Of a stretch of DNA of 64,000 bases, positions 29,670 through 43,135 are shown one piece after another. The translations under genes and the position numbers were made by a program. Origin of the DNA: Lama glama. Taxonomy: Eukaryota. Within the stretch, counting starts at the first letter, position 1; every line of letters begins with the position of its first letter. The stretch lies in NCBI GenBank assembly GCA_028534125.1, contig CM052817.1:40488001-40552000 (forward strand). The letters run 5' to 3'. The notes under the pieces are model-generated. The model searched no databases. It saw only the letters and a program-made list of their open reading frames with translations, and had not been told where the DNA came from.

Positions 29670-31730
29670 CAAACTTCAGTAGTACGTTGGTAGCATATTT
29701 CTAGGGTGTTTTCCAACACTAACAGCCAAGTCTCTGATTCTCTGGACACCAACTGGGTGTCCTACAATTCAGTTCAATTCTGACACTTAACTACCCAGAG
29801 TTATTGTCAGACCCCACAGGTTTAAAGGCTCGGTCCCACAAGACTACCCTCACTTCAGATGTCAGTCCCGAGTTTCAGGTCCCCAGGTTACCCACACTTC
29901 TGTCCAACCTGGCAGTAAAATGGAAGAGTTCCCACAGCTCCCTTCCCTTTTAGATTCAATAATTTCCTAGAATGGCTACAGAACTTGGGGAAACACTTCC
30001 ATTTGCTGGTTTATTATAAAAGATACAACTTAAGAGCAACCAAATAGAAGAGATGTTCAGGGCAAGGAAGGGGAGATATGTGGGGCATGCTGTCCTCCCA
30101 GGGGCTCAATGTGTTCACCAGCCCAGGTGCTCTCTCAGTCTTACTGTTGAAGAGCTTACAGAGCTCCCTCTCCAGCACCCTCCCCCATCCTCCACCCATT
30201 CTTGGCGGTCCATCAGGTCTCATCATCTGGTTTTTCTGGTGACCAGCTCCATCCTGAGGCTATCTAGTGGCCCCACCCTTAGTGATCTCATTAGCACAAA
30301 CTCAAGTGTGAAACAAAGGGGCTCATTATTTAAAACAAATGAATAATCGCCAAGACTCTGGAAACAAGCCGTGCCCATCAACTGAAGATTGGCTTAAGAA
30401 GTTGTGGTGTATATGTATATATGCTGTACACCTGAAACTAACACAATGTTGTAAATCAACTATATTTCAATTTAAAAAAAATACAATGGAATATTACTCA
30501 GCCATAAAAAGAATGAAATAATGCCATTTGCAGCAACATGGATGGACCTAGAGAATATTATACTTAGTGAAATAAGAGAAAAACAAATATGANNNNNNNN
30601 NNNNNNNNNNNNNNNNNNNNNNNNNNNNNNNNNNNNNNNNNNNNNNNNNNNNNNNNNNNNNNNNNNNNNNNNNNNNNNNNNNNNNNNNNNNNNNNNNNNN
30701 NNNNNNNNNNNNNNNNNNNNNNNNNNNNNNNNNNNNNNNNNNNNNNNNNNNNNNNNNNNNNNNNNNNNNNNNNNNNNNNNNNNNNNNNNNNNNNNNNNNN
30801 NNNNNNNNNNNNNNNNNNNNNNNNNNNNNNNNNNNNNNNNNNNNNNNNNNNNNNNNNNNNNNNNNNNNNNNNNNNNNNNNNNNNNNNNNNNNNNNNNNNN
30901 NNNNNNNNNNNNNNNNNNNNNNNNNNNNNNNNNNNNNNNNNNNNNNNNNNNNNNNNNNNNNNNNNNNNNNNNNNNNNNNNNNNNNNNNNNNNNNNNNNNN
31001 NNNNNNNNNNNNNNNNNNNNNNNNNNNNNNNNNNNNNNNNNNNNNNNNNNNNNNNNNNNNNNNNNNNNNNNNNNNNNNNNNNNNNNNNNNNNTTAAGAAG
31101 TTGTGGTGTATATGTATATATGCTGTACACCTGAAACTAACACAATGTTGTAAATCAACTATATTTCAATTTAAAAAAAATACAATGGAATATTACTCAG
31201 CCATAAAAAGAATGAAATAATGCCATTTGCAGCAACATGGATGGACCTAGAGAATATTATACTTAGTGAAATAAGAGAAAAACAAATATGACATCACTTG
31301 TATGTGGAATCTAAAAAATAATACAAATGAATCTATATACAAAACAGAAAGAGACTCATAGACATAGAAAGCAAACTTATGGTTACCAAAGAGGAGAAGG
31401 AGAGGGTATGGAGAGACAAAGTAAGATTATGGGATTAATAGATACAAACTACTATACTTAAAATAGATAAGCAACATGTGTTTACTGTATAGCACAAAGA
31501 ACTATATTCAATATCTTGTTACAACCTATAATAAAAAATCATCTGAAAAAAATTATGTAACTGAATCACTTTGCTATACACCGGAAACCAACACAATGCT
31601 ATACATCAACTGTACTTCAACTAAAAAAAAAAAAAAGGCTCCTATCACTCAGAAAATTTCAAGAGTTTTAGGAGCTTCTGGCAGGATCCGAGGCCAAGCA
31701 TCATATACATTTTTGTATTAGACCACACAT
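29670..31730. mobile_element. ERV LTR (MER21-like) split by an L1 3' end (about 30345-31635)
   Basis: GGACACCAACTGGGTGTCCTACAATTCAGTTCAATTCTGACAC; LTR resumes at CTCCTATCACTCAGAAAATTTC after the L1 poly(A). Confidence 0.7.
30593..31092. other. Assembly gap (500 N)
   Basis: Run of N. Confidence 1.
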
Positions 31731-32989
31731 ACACATAAAGATCAAGATTACAGACCTCCTAGGAGTTGAGGACCACAGCATTCATCCAGGAGGACAAGAC
31801 TAGGGAATCTGCATTTGCAGTGAGTATTCCTGGAGGAACGAATGCCAGCTGCCCAGAGAACAAAACATGAAATAACACTACACCAAGTTTCTGGTAGTCT
31901 AACTATGTCTCTTGAAGAAAAGTTCCCCTCTGGTTAGGAGAGAAATATTTTTAAAACAATGTTAACATTTTCAAGGTTCAATAGCTTTTGATGCAATGAA
32001 GAACTGACAGTGAGGTCAAGTTTTATTACCTGTGTTATTTATTGGGTTGTCTTTGCCCCTGGTATGGGAAAACAAAACTTGCATATCCTGAAATTGGCAG
32101 TCTGCTGGTTATCATGGAGACTGGTACATCACTGTCTATTTTTGTCCTTAGGCACTGTGTCAGGATGGATTGGGGTTTGCTATCCCAAAATAAAACTAAC
32201 AAAACTAGTTTATTTCTCATACTAGGTGTCTATCCCAGGTTCTTAAGGGGGGGGTCTGCTCATTGCTACAACTCAGACCCTGGCTGTTAGCAGCTCTGTC
32301 TCAACACTGCTCCCATAGTTGCTAATAGCCAAGAAAATCTGGCAGCCTGCTCATTGGTCTTAAAGCTGCCACAAAGTGACAAATATCACTTAGCTCACAT
32401 GTCACTGGCTAGGGCAAATCACATGGCCATATCTGAGAGTGGGACTCCTGCCCTGTGCCCAGAATGGGAGAAACATTTGTGAACAACCTAGTAACAGATG
32501 ACCACAGGATTTACATTTAGGTTTTTTAGGGGAGTTGGAGATGGGATGTTATTTATTTACTTTTATTGAGATCTTCTTTGGTCATTGCCATTCCTTGGAA
32601 ATGGGAGTACCAAAGAATCAGTAAAGAGCCCATCATCATACAGGAATAGAGGAAGAGGACTACCTGTTGGGTTGGGTTAGACACCAAATTACAAGTGTAA
32701 AGAAGCATCTAAATAACAACTAAATGACAGAAATGCAATCCCACCAAGCCTACAATGTGTTACGTTCCCCAAAGTAGCGGGAAGTCTGGGGAGAGAGAAG
32801 AATTCCACATATGAAATAAGTTGGTCTTCACAGTCCTCAATTCCTCATCTGTTCAGATTCCCTGTTAATATTCCTCAAAGTGAGAGTTCCAAGAAACAGC
32901 AAATATCCAAATCTGAAGCTCCAGAAAGGGAGGGTGGGTGAGAAGGCTAGGTCCCTGGAAGAGCAAAGAACTTCCCGTCAGCATAAATA

Positions 32990-34395
32990 TTCTTTTATTT
33001 CTCCTATCTTAAAAAAAAAGTCCGTATTTGCTGTCGGCAGCCCCTCTCCCCCAGTTCTGTGTTTGACCCACTCCAATCACGCTTCTGCTTGTGCCACTTC
33101 CCTGGAACTGCTTTACTCGAGTTCTCCGAAGACCTGGTATTGGTATATGCAACTGTTAGTTCTCCTAATCCCTTACCTAGACAAGTACACTTCACAATTT
33201 GATCACCTCCCTGCTTAAAACATTTGCTTCACCTGGCTTCCAGAACATCACCCCTCTTATCATTCCTCCTGCTTCAGTGTCCACTCCTCAGCCTCCTCTG
33301 CTCGGCCATCTGCTCCCGGACTGGAGTACCCCCGGGGCTCAGGCCCTGGGACTCTTCGTTCCTGTCTACACTTCCTTTCTTGGTGACCTCATCCAGTCTT
33401 CTAGTTTGAAGCATTGCAATATGCTGACCTCTCCCAGCTTCTCCCGCCCAGGCCTCTGTCCTAAACGCCAGACTTGTAGGTTCAACTCCCTTTGTGACAT
33501 CTCCCCACGAAGGACACTGCAGGTTTAACAGTCCTGATCTGATCTCTTGAAACTCACTCCTCCGGGAGCCTTCCCATCTAAATTAAGGACAACACATCTT
33601 TCAGTTGCCCAGACTGAAACCTTGAAATAAGTCTTATCTTTTCTTTCTCTCACACCCCACATCTGTCAGCAAATTTAGTCTTCTCTATCTTTACATTACA
33701 ATAAAATGTGTCCACTGCTACCATCTGGTCCAAGCCACTTCCATCTCTCTGGGACTTTTATAATAACCTACAAAAACTAGTTTCTCTGCTTTTTCATTTG
33801 CTCCCTTTAGACTGTCCTCAACACAGTAGTCAAAAATGATCGTAGAGCATCACTCCTCCACTTAAAATCCTCCAATGGCTTCTCTTGTTCCCATTCACTA
33901 AAGTGCCCTCCAAGACCCAACAGAACCTGAGTCTCAACTTTTTATTCTCTCTGATCCAATCCCTCTACCTCCTTCTGTTCCTGCAACAGCCAGGCATGCT
34001 CTGATATCAGGACATTTGCACTTGCCAAAAGCGCTACCTTGGACATCTTTCCCCAGATATATAAATCTCTCACCTTCTTCACCTACTCAAGTGTTACCTT
34101 CTCACTGAGGCCTCTCTGACCTCCAAAACTTACCTCTCCTCAAGCCCATTCTAACACTGTAAGTCTTTCCAGTTTTATTTTGCTCTATAGCATTTTAAAA
34201 CATGGTCCTGTGATTCGTCAAAATTCTAACATAGATAACACTAACACATTTTACTTATTTTACTATCTCATCCTCTCTATCCCTAAAATGCAGACTTTGT
34301 GAGGGCAGCAATTTTTGTCTGCCATGTATCTGGCACCTAGAACAGTGCCTGGTACATAGTTAAGTGCTTAAGAAATATTTTTGATATAAATGAAT
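32990..34395. mobile_element. L2 LINE fragment
   Basis: L2-type phrases (GGTGACCTCATCCAGTC, CCTCCAATGGCTTC, ACCTAGAACAGTGCCTGGTACATAG). Confidence 0.75.
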
Positions 34396-34602
34396 GGTAG
34401 CTACTACTCCCCTCTTTTCTTTCTTTTTTCTTTTTTTCTTCCCTTTTTTTTTTTTAAGATTTAGTCTCTTGCTCTGGATTCAAGGCACTTAGGAAACGAT
34501 GGTAACATGGTCAGATTTCAGAGGATAAGATTGTCCCCCTGCTTCTCGTAGCAGCTTTCTGTGTCTTAAGAAGAAAGTCCTAGATTATAAAAAGGGTCAC
34601 TT

Positions 34603-34736
34603 TAAAAAAAATTTTCTGTTGTTGGGGGGAATTAGGTTTATTTATTTACTTATTTTTTAATGGAGGTCCTGGGGCTTGAACCTAGGACCTCATGCGTGTT
34701 AAGCATGAGCTCTTCCGCTGAGCTACACCCTCCCCC
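34603..34736 (-). mobile_element. tRNA-derived SINE (camelid-type)
   Basis: Reverse complement begins GGGGGAGGGTGTAGCTCAGCGG; TSD AAAAAGGGTCACTT. Confidence 0.88.
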
Positions 34737-34753
34737 AAAAAAGGGTCACTTCT

Positions 34754-35082
34754 TCTTTTTCTTTTTTCCTGCACAAAGAAAATTAATTTTATTTTATTTA
34801 TTTTTTAACACTTTTATTGATTTATAATAATTTTACAATGTTGTGTCAAATTCCAGTGTAGAGCACAATTTTTCAGTTATACATGAACATATATATTCAT
34901 TGTCATTTTTTTCTCTGTGAGCTGCCATAAGATCTTGTATATATTTCCCTGTGCTATACAGTATAATCTTGTTTATCTAGTCTAAACTTTGAAATCCCAG
35001 TCTATCTCTTCCCACCCCTCCGCCCCCCTGGCAACCACAAGTTTGTATCTATTTCTGTGAATCTATTTCTGTTTTCTGTTTT
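34754..35082 (-). mobile_element. Young 5'-truncated L1 3' end
   Basis: Poly(T) then L1 3' UTR; TSD AAAAAGGGTCACTTCT. Confidence 0.8.
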
Positions 35083-36149
35083 AAAAAGGGTCACTTCTTA
35101 AGTGTCTGCAGCAACTAGTACACATTAAATCTCTAAGTTCTAAATAGGACCTGAAATAATCCTTATGCAAACCCTGTGTCAGCACCTGATTTCCGCTTGT
35201 GGAGCCTCAAAAATAAAATCGTTATTGTTGGATAACTGGGGTCTTAGTGAGGAAAATTGCATCTATTTCACAATTTTAAGAACAAAAGCTGAGATGACCC
35301 TCTAGGTCATACTCAGATTTTCAAAATTTAGCTCATCAAAAACTCTCCTTACAAATGCCACTTGGGTCAGGATAAAGAGTTTAAGTTGTTGAATGATTAC
35401 TTCTGTAGAAAGCAGAACTAAGGGATTTATTTCACAGTCAATATTAGAATAACATCTAACACCTCCAGGTTTTTGTAAACCAAGTTTAGATTTCTATCCA
35501 GGGATTGTTCAGAGGAGCTGGAGGTACAGAGCTTTGACTAAACACAGGAACAAGGTGGATTTGGGGATTAGAAGTTCTCCAGAGACTACCCGGTGATTTG
35601 CTTCTCCAATGGCCCTAGAGGACCTTTCTCAAAATACAGTGGGCTTCCAAATCGTGTCTATGAGCATTATCATTACTTTGCCCTGGAAAGCTTTAAGTAT
35701 TACCTTTTTCAAGTACAAAACCTGAAAGCATTATGCCTATTATTGGCCGTCTTTTTCTACTCCATTGCACTTTATTCTGTGGGTAATAATGAACTCCTGG
35801 AATTTCAAGCACAGGCTGCTAGGAATGGAAAGAAAAGAACAAACATGTGAGGCGCTGTGAAAAAGACAGTGGGCATCACTTGTTGTTGCCCATGTGAGGG
35901 TGAAGGGGAAGGAAAAATCAAAGACATTCTGAGATTTCAAGCCTGGATGACTGGAGGCTGGGGACACTCATCAAAATCTAGGAAGACAAGAGATGCCACT
36001 TTTGGAGGGAGGATAAAGGAGCATGTGAGGCAATCTTGACGTTCCTCACTGCACTCTCCAGCATGGGTCCTTTCAATCCTAGCTGTGCTGAAAGGGATGA
36101 AGTCTGCCCACTGCCTGCTACCATATGGCTCACTTGGTGACTTTCCAAT

Positions 36150-36680
36150 TCCTGTGGCTGCCTAGCAAATTACCACAAAAGGCAGTGGCATAAAAACAAC
36201 TTTTTATGATGCTCACAGATTCTGTGGGTCAGGAATTCAGACAAGGCACAGCAGGGACCACTGATTTCTGCTCCATGGTGTCTGAGGTCTCAGCTGGATG
36301 ACAAGGGCTGGAGGCTGGAAGCATCTGAAGGCTGGTTTATTCTTTGTCTGGAGATTGAGGCTGGCTGTCAGCATGGGGCCTCAATTCTTCTCCTCACGGG
36401 CCTCTCCACCTGGTCTCTCCACATGGGCTAATGTGGGGCCTCACAGCACAATCGCTGGCTTCCCCAGAGCAAGCATCCAACCCCCAGGTACTGAACAAAG
36501 GATATAGAAGCTGTATCCTTTTCATAACCTAGCCTTGAAAGTCACAGAGCATCGCCTCTGAGGGCTGTTTTCCGCTGGAGAGGTCATCAGCTTCCACTCA
36601 GATTCAAGGGGAGGGAACAAAGGCCCCGAGCTCTTGGTGGGAGGAGTGTCAACGTCACGTTGTTAAAAGAGCATGTGGGG
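36150..36680. mobile_element. MaLR (MLT1-type) LTR
   Basis: GATTCTGTGGGTCAGGAATTCAGACAAGGCACAG; CAGATTCAAGGGGAGGGAA. Confidence 0.7.
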
Positions 36681-36844
36681 TGACATCAGTGAAAACAGAG
36701 GAGTAAGGTACACCTCAAGTCCCTCCCTCCAACAAAGCAACAAACAGACTAGCAAAAACTGTCCGAATCAACTTTTTCAGAATTCTGGAAAGTAAGTAAA
36801 AGCTTGCAGCAGCCACGGGGAATGCTTAATCAAGAAACAGCTGG

Positions 36845-37055
36845 TGGGAAACAGCTCCGTGGCAGAGCACATGCTTAGCATGCTTAGCGTATATGACGTC
36901 CTGGGTTCAAACCCCAGTACCTCCATTAAGGAAAAAAAAAAGAAACGTTGTGGAGATGGTGTAGCTCAGTGGTAGAGCACTTCTCAAACAGCCTTCGCGT
37001 CTGCAAGGTCCTGCGTTCAATCCCTAGTACTTCCATTAAAAACAGCAACAACAAA
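36845..37055 (+). mobile_element. Two head-to-tail tRNA-derived SINEs
   Basis: Two A/B-box units, each ending CTCCATTAA/TTCCATTAA plus an A tail; flanked by AAACAGCTG/AACCAGCTG. Confidence 0.8.
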
Positions 37056-37204
37056 AACCAGCTGAATCTCGGTCCCATCCCTGCTCCCAGGCTCAATGGT
37101 GGCCTTGGAAATAACAGCCTTTATTTCTGGTACAGGTAAGAGTACCAGAGGGAGCGGAACAGTGGACCTCATTCACTAAGAGTCATGGTTGTTTGCCTGG
37201 GCTG

Positions 37205-38125
37205 TGTATTAGTGCAAGCCGCAGGAACAAAACCCCACAGGCTGGTTGTTTAAAACAGGAGTTTATTTTCTCACAGTTCTGGAGGCTGGGAAGTCCAAGA
37301 TCAAGGTCTGGCTGATTCAGCTTTTCATAAGGGCTCTCTGGTGTTTCTTCCTCCCCTTGTAAGGACATCAGTCCCATTGGATTAGGGCCCCACCCTGAGG
37401 ACTTAACCCTAATTATCTCCTAAAGGCCCTGTCTCCAAAGACAGTCACACTGGAGGTCAGAACCAACAAATGAATTTGAGGGCAGGGGAGCAGAGGGCCT
37501 ACAAACACAATTCAATCCATAACCTTTATCTTGCCTAAGAATTCTACCAGTACGGAGGCAGCCACCCCGGGGGTATTTGTCAAGAACATTTAACATTCAC
37601 AGCTGCCTGGAGCAATGGATGACCGTTGGGACAAATGATAGACTAACCAAAAAGCTTGAGAGGAAAGAGTGGAGAATGAGAGGTTTTAAAAAGCTCTGAT
37701 GTTCTGGGTTGAATGTTGAAGTCCTAGTCCCCAGAAACACAGAATGTCACCTTATTTGCAAACAGAGCCGTTGCAGATGCAGTTAGCTAAGATGAGGTCA
37801 TGCTGGAGTAGAGCAGGCCGGCCCCTAATCCAGCACTACTGGTGTGCCTGTAAGACGGCTACGTGAAAACAACACCCAGGGAGGATGCTGTGTGACGTGG
37901 AGATGGAGCCTGGAGGAACGCCCCCGCAAGCCCAGGGGCGCTAAGGACTGTCAGCTGTCCTGAGCTAGAAGGCCCGCACCAGACTCCTTCAGGGCCTCCA
38001 GAAGCAACCAACTCTGCTGACACCTTGATTTCAGATTTTTGGTATCCAGAACTGTGAGAGAGTAAATTTCTGTTCCTTTAAGCCACCCAATCTGTGGTAC
38101 TTCGCAGCCCTAGGAAACTAATACA
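37205..38125. mobile_element. Two MaLR (MLT1) LTRs inserted in an old L1
   Basis: TCACAGTTCTGGAGGCTGGGAAGTCCAAGATCAAGG and, in the opposite orientation, CCAGAACTGTGAGAGAGTAAATTTCTGTT. Confidence 0.75.
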
Positions 38126-38129
38126 ACAG

Positions 38130-39952
38130 ATAAACACCGAAAGGAAATATAAATGTATTTGTTGTTTGTAACTTCTTTTTTTCTCCTGCCTGATTCAAAA
38201 GACAAGGGCATAAAGCAGTAATTATAAGTCTATGTCAATGGGCGCACAGTGTATAAAGCTGTGATCTGTGACAACATAAGCGAGGTGGGAGAGGATGGTG
38301 TTACATAAGAGCAAACTTTCATATCCTGTTAAAACTAAGGTAGTTCTAATTAGAACTAGATTATTATAAATTAAGATGTTAATTATAATCCCCAGAGAAA
38401 CCAAATAACTCAAGAATATACAGTATAAGGCTTTATTCCTTTGATAACTATGTAAGTTTAAAAAGCTAAAGCTCTAAACGTTCTTAGAAACAATGAACAG
38501 TACATATACGTAAAGTAAAAAATACATGTGCAGTGAAAAAAAAACGAGCTATCAAGCCGTGAAAGACACGGAAGAAACTTAAGACATATTACTAAGTGAA
38601 AGAAGCCAGTCTGAAAAGGCTACAAACTGTACGACTCCAACCAAATGACATTCTGGAAAAGGCACAGCTATACGAACAATAAAAAGATCGTGGTTTCCAG
38701 GGGTTTGGGGAGAGGGAGGGAGGGAGGGATGAATAGATGGAGCACAAAGGATTTTTAGGGCAATGAAATTATTCTGTATGATACTATAGTGGTGGCTACA
38801 TGTCATTATGCATTTGTCAAAACCCTAGAACGTACAACATCAAGACTGAACCCTAATGTAAACTATGGGCTTTGGTTGATAATAATGTGCCCATGTTGGT
38901 TCATCAATTAAACCAAATATGCACACTGATGAGGGATGTTGAGGGCAGGGGAGTATATATGTGTGGGTGGGGAGGGCTAAGTGGAAACTTTGTATTTTCT
39001 GCTCAATTTTGCTGTGAACCTGAAACTGCTCTAAAAGAAAAAAGTCTATTTAAAAAAGAATATATAGTATATAAAATGACAAGGGAATTAAAATGGCATA
39101 CTAGAAAATACCTATTTAATACAAGATAATAACAGAGGACTGAGGAACAAAAAAGATGTACTATAGAAATCAGTTTTGGAGGAGACAATGCAGTACTGGT
39201 AACTATAATCACGGTGCAATGCATTAGATCTCCAGAACTTTTTCATCGTCTAGTTATAAGTTTGTGCCCAACAGCAAAGTGACAGAAGTCCTTATCAGTA
39301 ATTACATGAAATGGGATGGATTAAACTCTTCAATTAAAAGGTAGAGACTGGCAGAATGGATTTTTAAAACATAATCCACTATACACTGTCTATATGAAAC
39401 ACATTTTAGGTTCAGACAAAAATAGGTTGAAAGTAAAAGGATTAAAAAAGATATGCCATGTAAACAGTAAGGCCACAAAACAAGTCTCAATAAATGTAAA
39501 AAGATCAAAATCATACAAAGTATGTTCTCCAAATACAGTAGAATGAAATTAGAAGTCAATAACAGAAGGAAATTTAGAAAATTCACAAATATGTGGAAAC
39601 TTAACACACTCTTAAACAACCAATGGGTCAAAGAAGAAATCACAAGGGAAACTAGAAAATACTTTGAGATGAAGGAAAATGAAAGCACAAGATACCCAAA
39701 CCTACAGGACGCAGTGAAAGCAGTATTCAGAGGGAAATGCACAGCTATAAATGACTACGGTAAAAAAATAAGAAAGATCTCAAACAATCTAACCATCCAC
39801 CTTAAGGAACTACAGAAAGAGCCAGCTAAACCTCACACAAGCAGAAGGAGGAAATAATGAAAATTAGAGTAGAGATAAATAAAACAGAGGATCAAAAAAC
39901 CCTAAGTTGGTTCTTCAAAAAGGTCCACAAAATTGATAGATCTTTAGTTAGA
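38130..39952 (+). mobile_element. Old L1 fragments including an ORF2 endonuclease-proximal region
   Basis: ORF 39522..39857 (WKLNTLLNNQWVKEEI...NLQDAVKAVFRGK) is L1 ORF2-like. Confidence 0.88.
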
Positions 39953-42077
39953 CCTTATATTCTCTGCTCAAACTAATCTTATTTTTGTTCCCACCGTTCC
40001 ACCAAGACTGCGCTTCTCCAATCCAAGGGCTACTGCTGTTCTCAACTGACCTGAGTTCCTACCAGCACTTGACACATTTGAGTGCTTCCTTCTTCACTTG
40101 GCTCTCACACTGCCCTCCGGACTTTCCATCCTCCACGCCCAATCCTTTTCCATCTCCTTTGCTGGCTTCTCTCCTTAACTTGATCTCTAATGTTGGAGCC
40201 TAAGGGTTCTGTCTACGTTTCCTATCAACAGGCTCCTCTTATGTGACCACACTCCATGGCTTTTATAGCATCTCCAGGCCAATGAACTCACAAACCTGAT
40301 CTCCAGCCATGGCAAGGCCCTCAACTCTAGACTAAAGCCAACTGCTTGTTGGTCATGTCCACACTGGCATTCCACACTTGACATGCAGCATCAGGGATAC
40401 TATCTATCCAATTGCTCAAGCTAAAAATCTAGGTGTTATCCTCCCAAATCCAATCAATAAACAAGTGAGCCGTGGTCACCTCTAACACATATTCTGAATG
40501 TGTCCACTTCTGTCTATTTCCACTCTCATCATCCCAAGCCAGGCCACCACCATCCTTTACCTTTATCACTGTAATAGTGTACTATCTTAGATCTAGCAAA
40601 CTGTCTCTTTCAAGCATGATTTTATCCATAAACTGGACACACTATAAGCCTAAAGATACGTCCCAGACACCCTAGCATGTAGAGTACTGGGTTAAAATTA
40701 GGTCCTGCCAATTCAATGCAGTAGCACAAAGTTTGTGAAGAGAAGCAAGGCAGAGGCAATCTTCCTATTGGTTTGCTCCTGGTGAGCAAGGTCACAGAGA
40801 ACAAGTGTTTGGAGGAAGCTGTAATGGGTTAACTTGCATTCTAGTGTCTGGCCAACTTTGTGGATATGAGTAAGATTGTAACTGTGGCAGGATTCCTCCA
40901 CTCTGGATTACAACTACTGGGGGTGTCCCCTGACTACTGCTCTAGTCCTCCCCATTGGTTTTGTAAATGTCTCACTCCTTGCTTTAAATACCTCTCTGAA
41001 TAAATACCTTAAGGGTTTCTGCCCTGGCATTCAACCCTGATACATCTAGCTACTTCTTCTGCACGCACTCTTGCCCACCTATAATCCACTCTCCATCCAA
41101 CAGAGAATTGCCCTAAAAACATAAGTCACATCATGTCATCTTCTGTTTAAAATTCTCCAGTGGCTTCCTACTACATGTACAAAACAACCCAAACTCTTTA
41201 CTGTGATACACAGCCCTAACAATCCGGCTCTGCCCACTTCTCTGGTGGTAGCCAGACACTGGCCTTCTCCTAATTCCTGGACTAGGCCAAGCTTTGCCCT
41301 AGATCTTTCCTATATGCTATTCCATCTTCGTGAAATGCTTTTCCTTCTAGCTTCTTACATATCTAATATTTCATGTTAGGATTAGATGTCACCTTAACAC
41401 CCTCCTTGTAAAAAGCCACTCTACACTATTTTCTCTGCAGAGCATTTTCTGGTGTCTAATGTTCTGTTATCATTGTTTTTTATTTATTGGCTGCCTCCTC
41501 TAAAAGTGGATGCATCATGAGAGTAGCGAGGGACTTTGTTCCCTTACAGCACATTGTAGATGCTTAATACATACTTACATGAATAACCTGGGTAAAATCT
41601 GCAAGCAGAGTGAATCTTAATTCTGTCAGATAGAGTTACTCCAATGTTTTAGCAAAAACTACAAATTATTCTTAAATGTTAAATTGAGGACAATAGCAGT
41701 TTACCACCTAGGCGGGAGTGGTGGGAATAACAAATTGTTTTGGCACATATTACACTCAACTTCATTCTCTGATGGGAATTTAAAAATCCCAAACCAAGTT
41801 CTTTTTAACACTGAAGCTGGAAAGACCAGTTATTCAAAAATCATTCCTTTTTTTTTTTTTAAATGTGACTTAGGGGACAAGGAGAGAAGAGAAATATTAG
41901 TGGGTGGACTTCATTCAGGATTACTGCCATTTTTCCCAAACTACTCTGACTTTTGAAATATCATGCTACGGTTTTTTAAGGATAAATATACTGATTTTCT
42001 CTCTGAATGCTACCTCTTAGCTCCATGTGCTGTATCTGGGGGTGGGGGGGGAGCTCACTTGACAGTCTCCAGAGAAA

Positions 42078-42096
42078 CAGCGCCATCTGCTGGGCA
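42078..42096 (-). promoter_or_regulatory. CTCF motif
   Basis: Reverse complement TGCCCAGCAGATGGCGCTG matches the CCASYAGRKGGCRS consensus. Confidence 0.65.
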
Positions 42097-42809
42097 AAGG
42101 CTACTGTGCACCGACCTTGGTAACAAGCCTAGAGCTCTCAACCTCTCTTTATACAACCCTAAACTGGACATCCGTTAGGCTTAGCAACTCAAGCCAACCT
42201 TGCAGAAGGCCAAACAGGAAGGTGGGCTATACCAGAAGTGTTGATAAGATTAAAGATTCCCTTTTGTCTGAGGCTTCTCTTCTAAGAAATCAACTTGGAT
42301 TTTGACCCAAGATTGAAAACAGTACCCTGTGGGGCAGAGCCCAACTAAGGGAGATCTGAATTAACAAACAGGAATAAAAAGGGCCACTAAGAGGCCTTTG
42401 TACCCTGTATTCTCTGCAGACAAGATGCTGAGAAAATTTAGTGCCTTTGGTCTCTTTTCGGAAATTCCAGAGGTGAGATTTTTTTCCTCTTTCCCTTACT
42501 AAGAACCATGATTTGATCTGGACACCTCCTAAATCACTGCTGACTCCGGGCATTTTTCCTTTATGCCCCAGCCTCCTTTACAAACTCAGGTTCTTCTCAA
42601 GATCCTTTTCCACCACATTAATTATGAATGGGTTCCTTAGCACTTCAGAAATATTTCTCACTCATTTCCCTTCCTTCACACCCCACTCTGACAAATTGAA
42701 TCTGATATTGCAACTTTCTTACTTCTTACGTTTTTAATCCATTTCCATCCTCATCAACTCCATATAAACTAGTTTTTCTGGTACCCTCTTTATCATGGAT
42801 GCCTCCTGC

Positions 42810-43135
42810 TGTAGACTGAATGTTTATGTCCCCCTAAAGTTCTTATGTTGAAATCTAACCTCCAAGGTGACGCATGGGAGGTGGGGCCTTTGGGTCCATG
42901 AATGAGATTAGTGTCCTTAAAAAAGAAGTCCAAGAAAGCTCCTTCACCCCTTGCGCCCATGTGAGGCGACAGTGAAAAGACAGCCCATGAGGAAGCAGGC
43001 TCTCACCAGACACTGAATTTGCCAGTACCTTGATCTTGGACTTCCCAGCCCCCAGAACTGTGAAAAATAAAGTTTTGTTGTTTATAAGCGACCCAGTCTG
43101 AGATTCTGTTCCAGCAGCCTAAACAGACTGAGAGT
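42810..43135. mobile_element. MaLR solo LTR
   Basis: TGTAGACTGAATGTTTATGTCCCC...TTGATCTTGGACTTCCCAGCC. Confidence 0.75.

Noticed and set aside
30564..31134. Long 181-188 aa ORFs
   Set aside because: Artefacts of translating the N gap.
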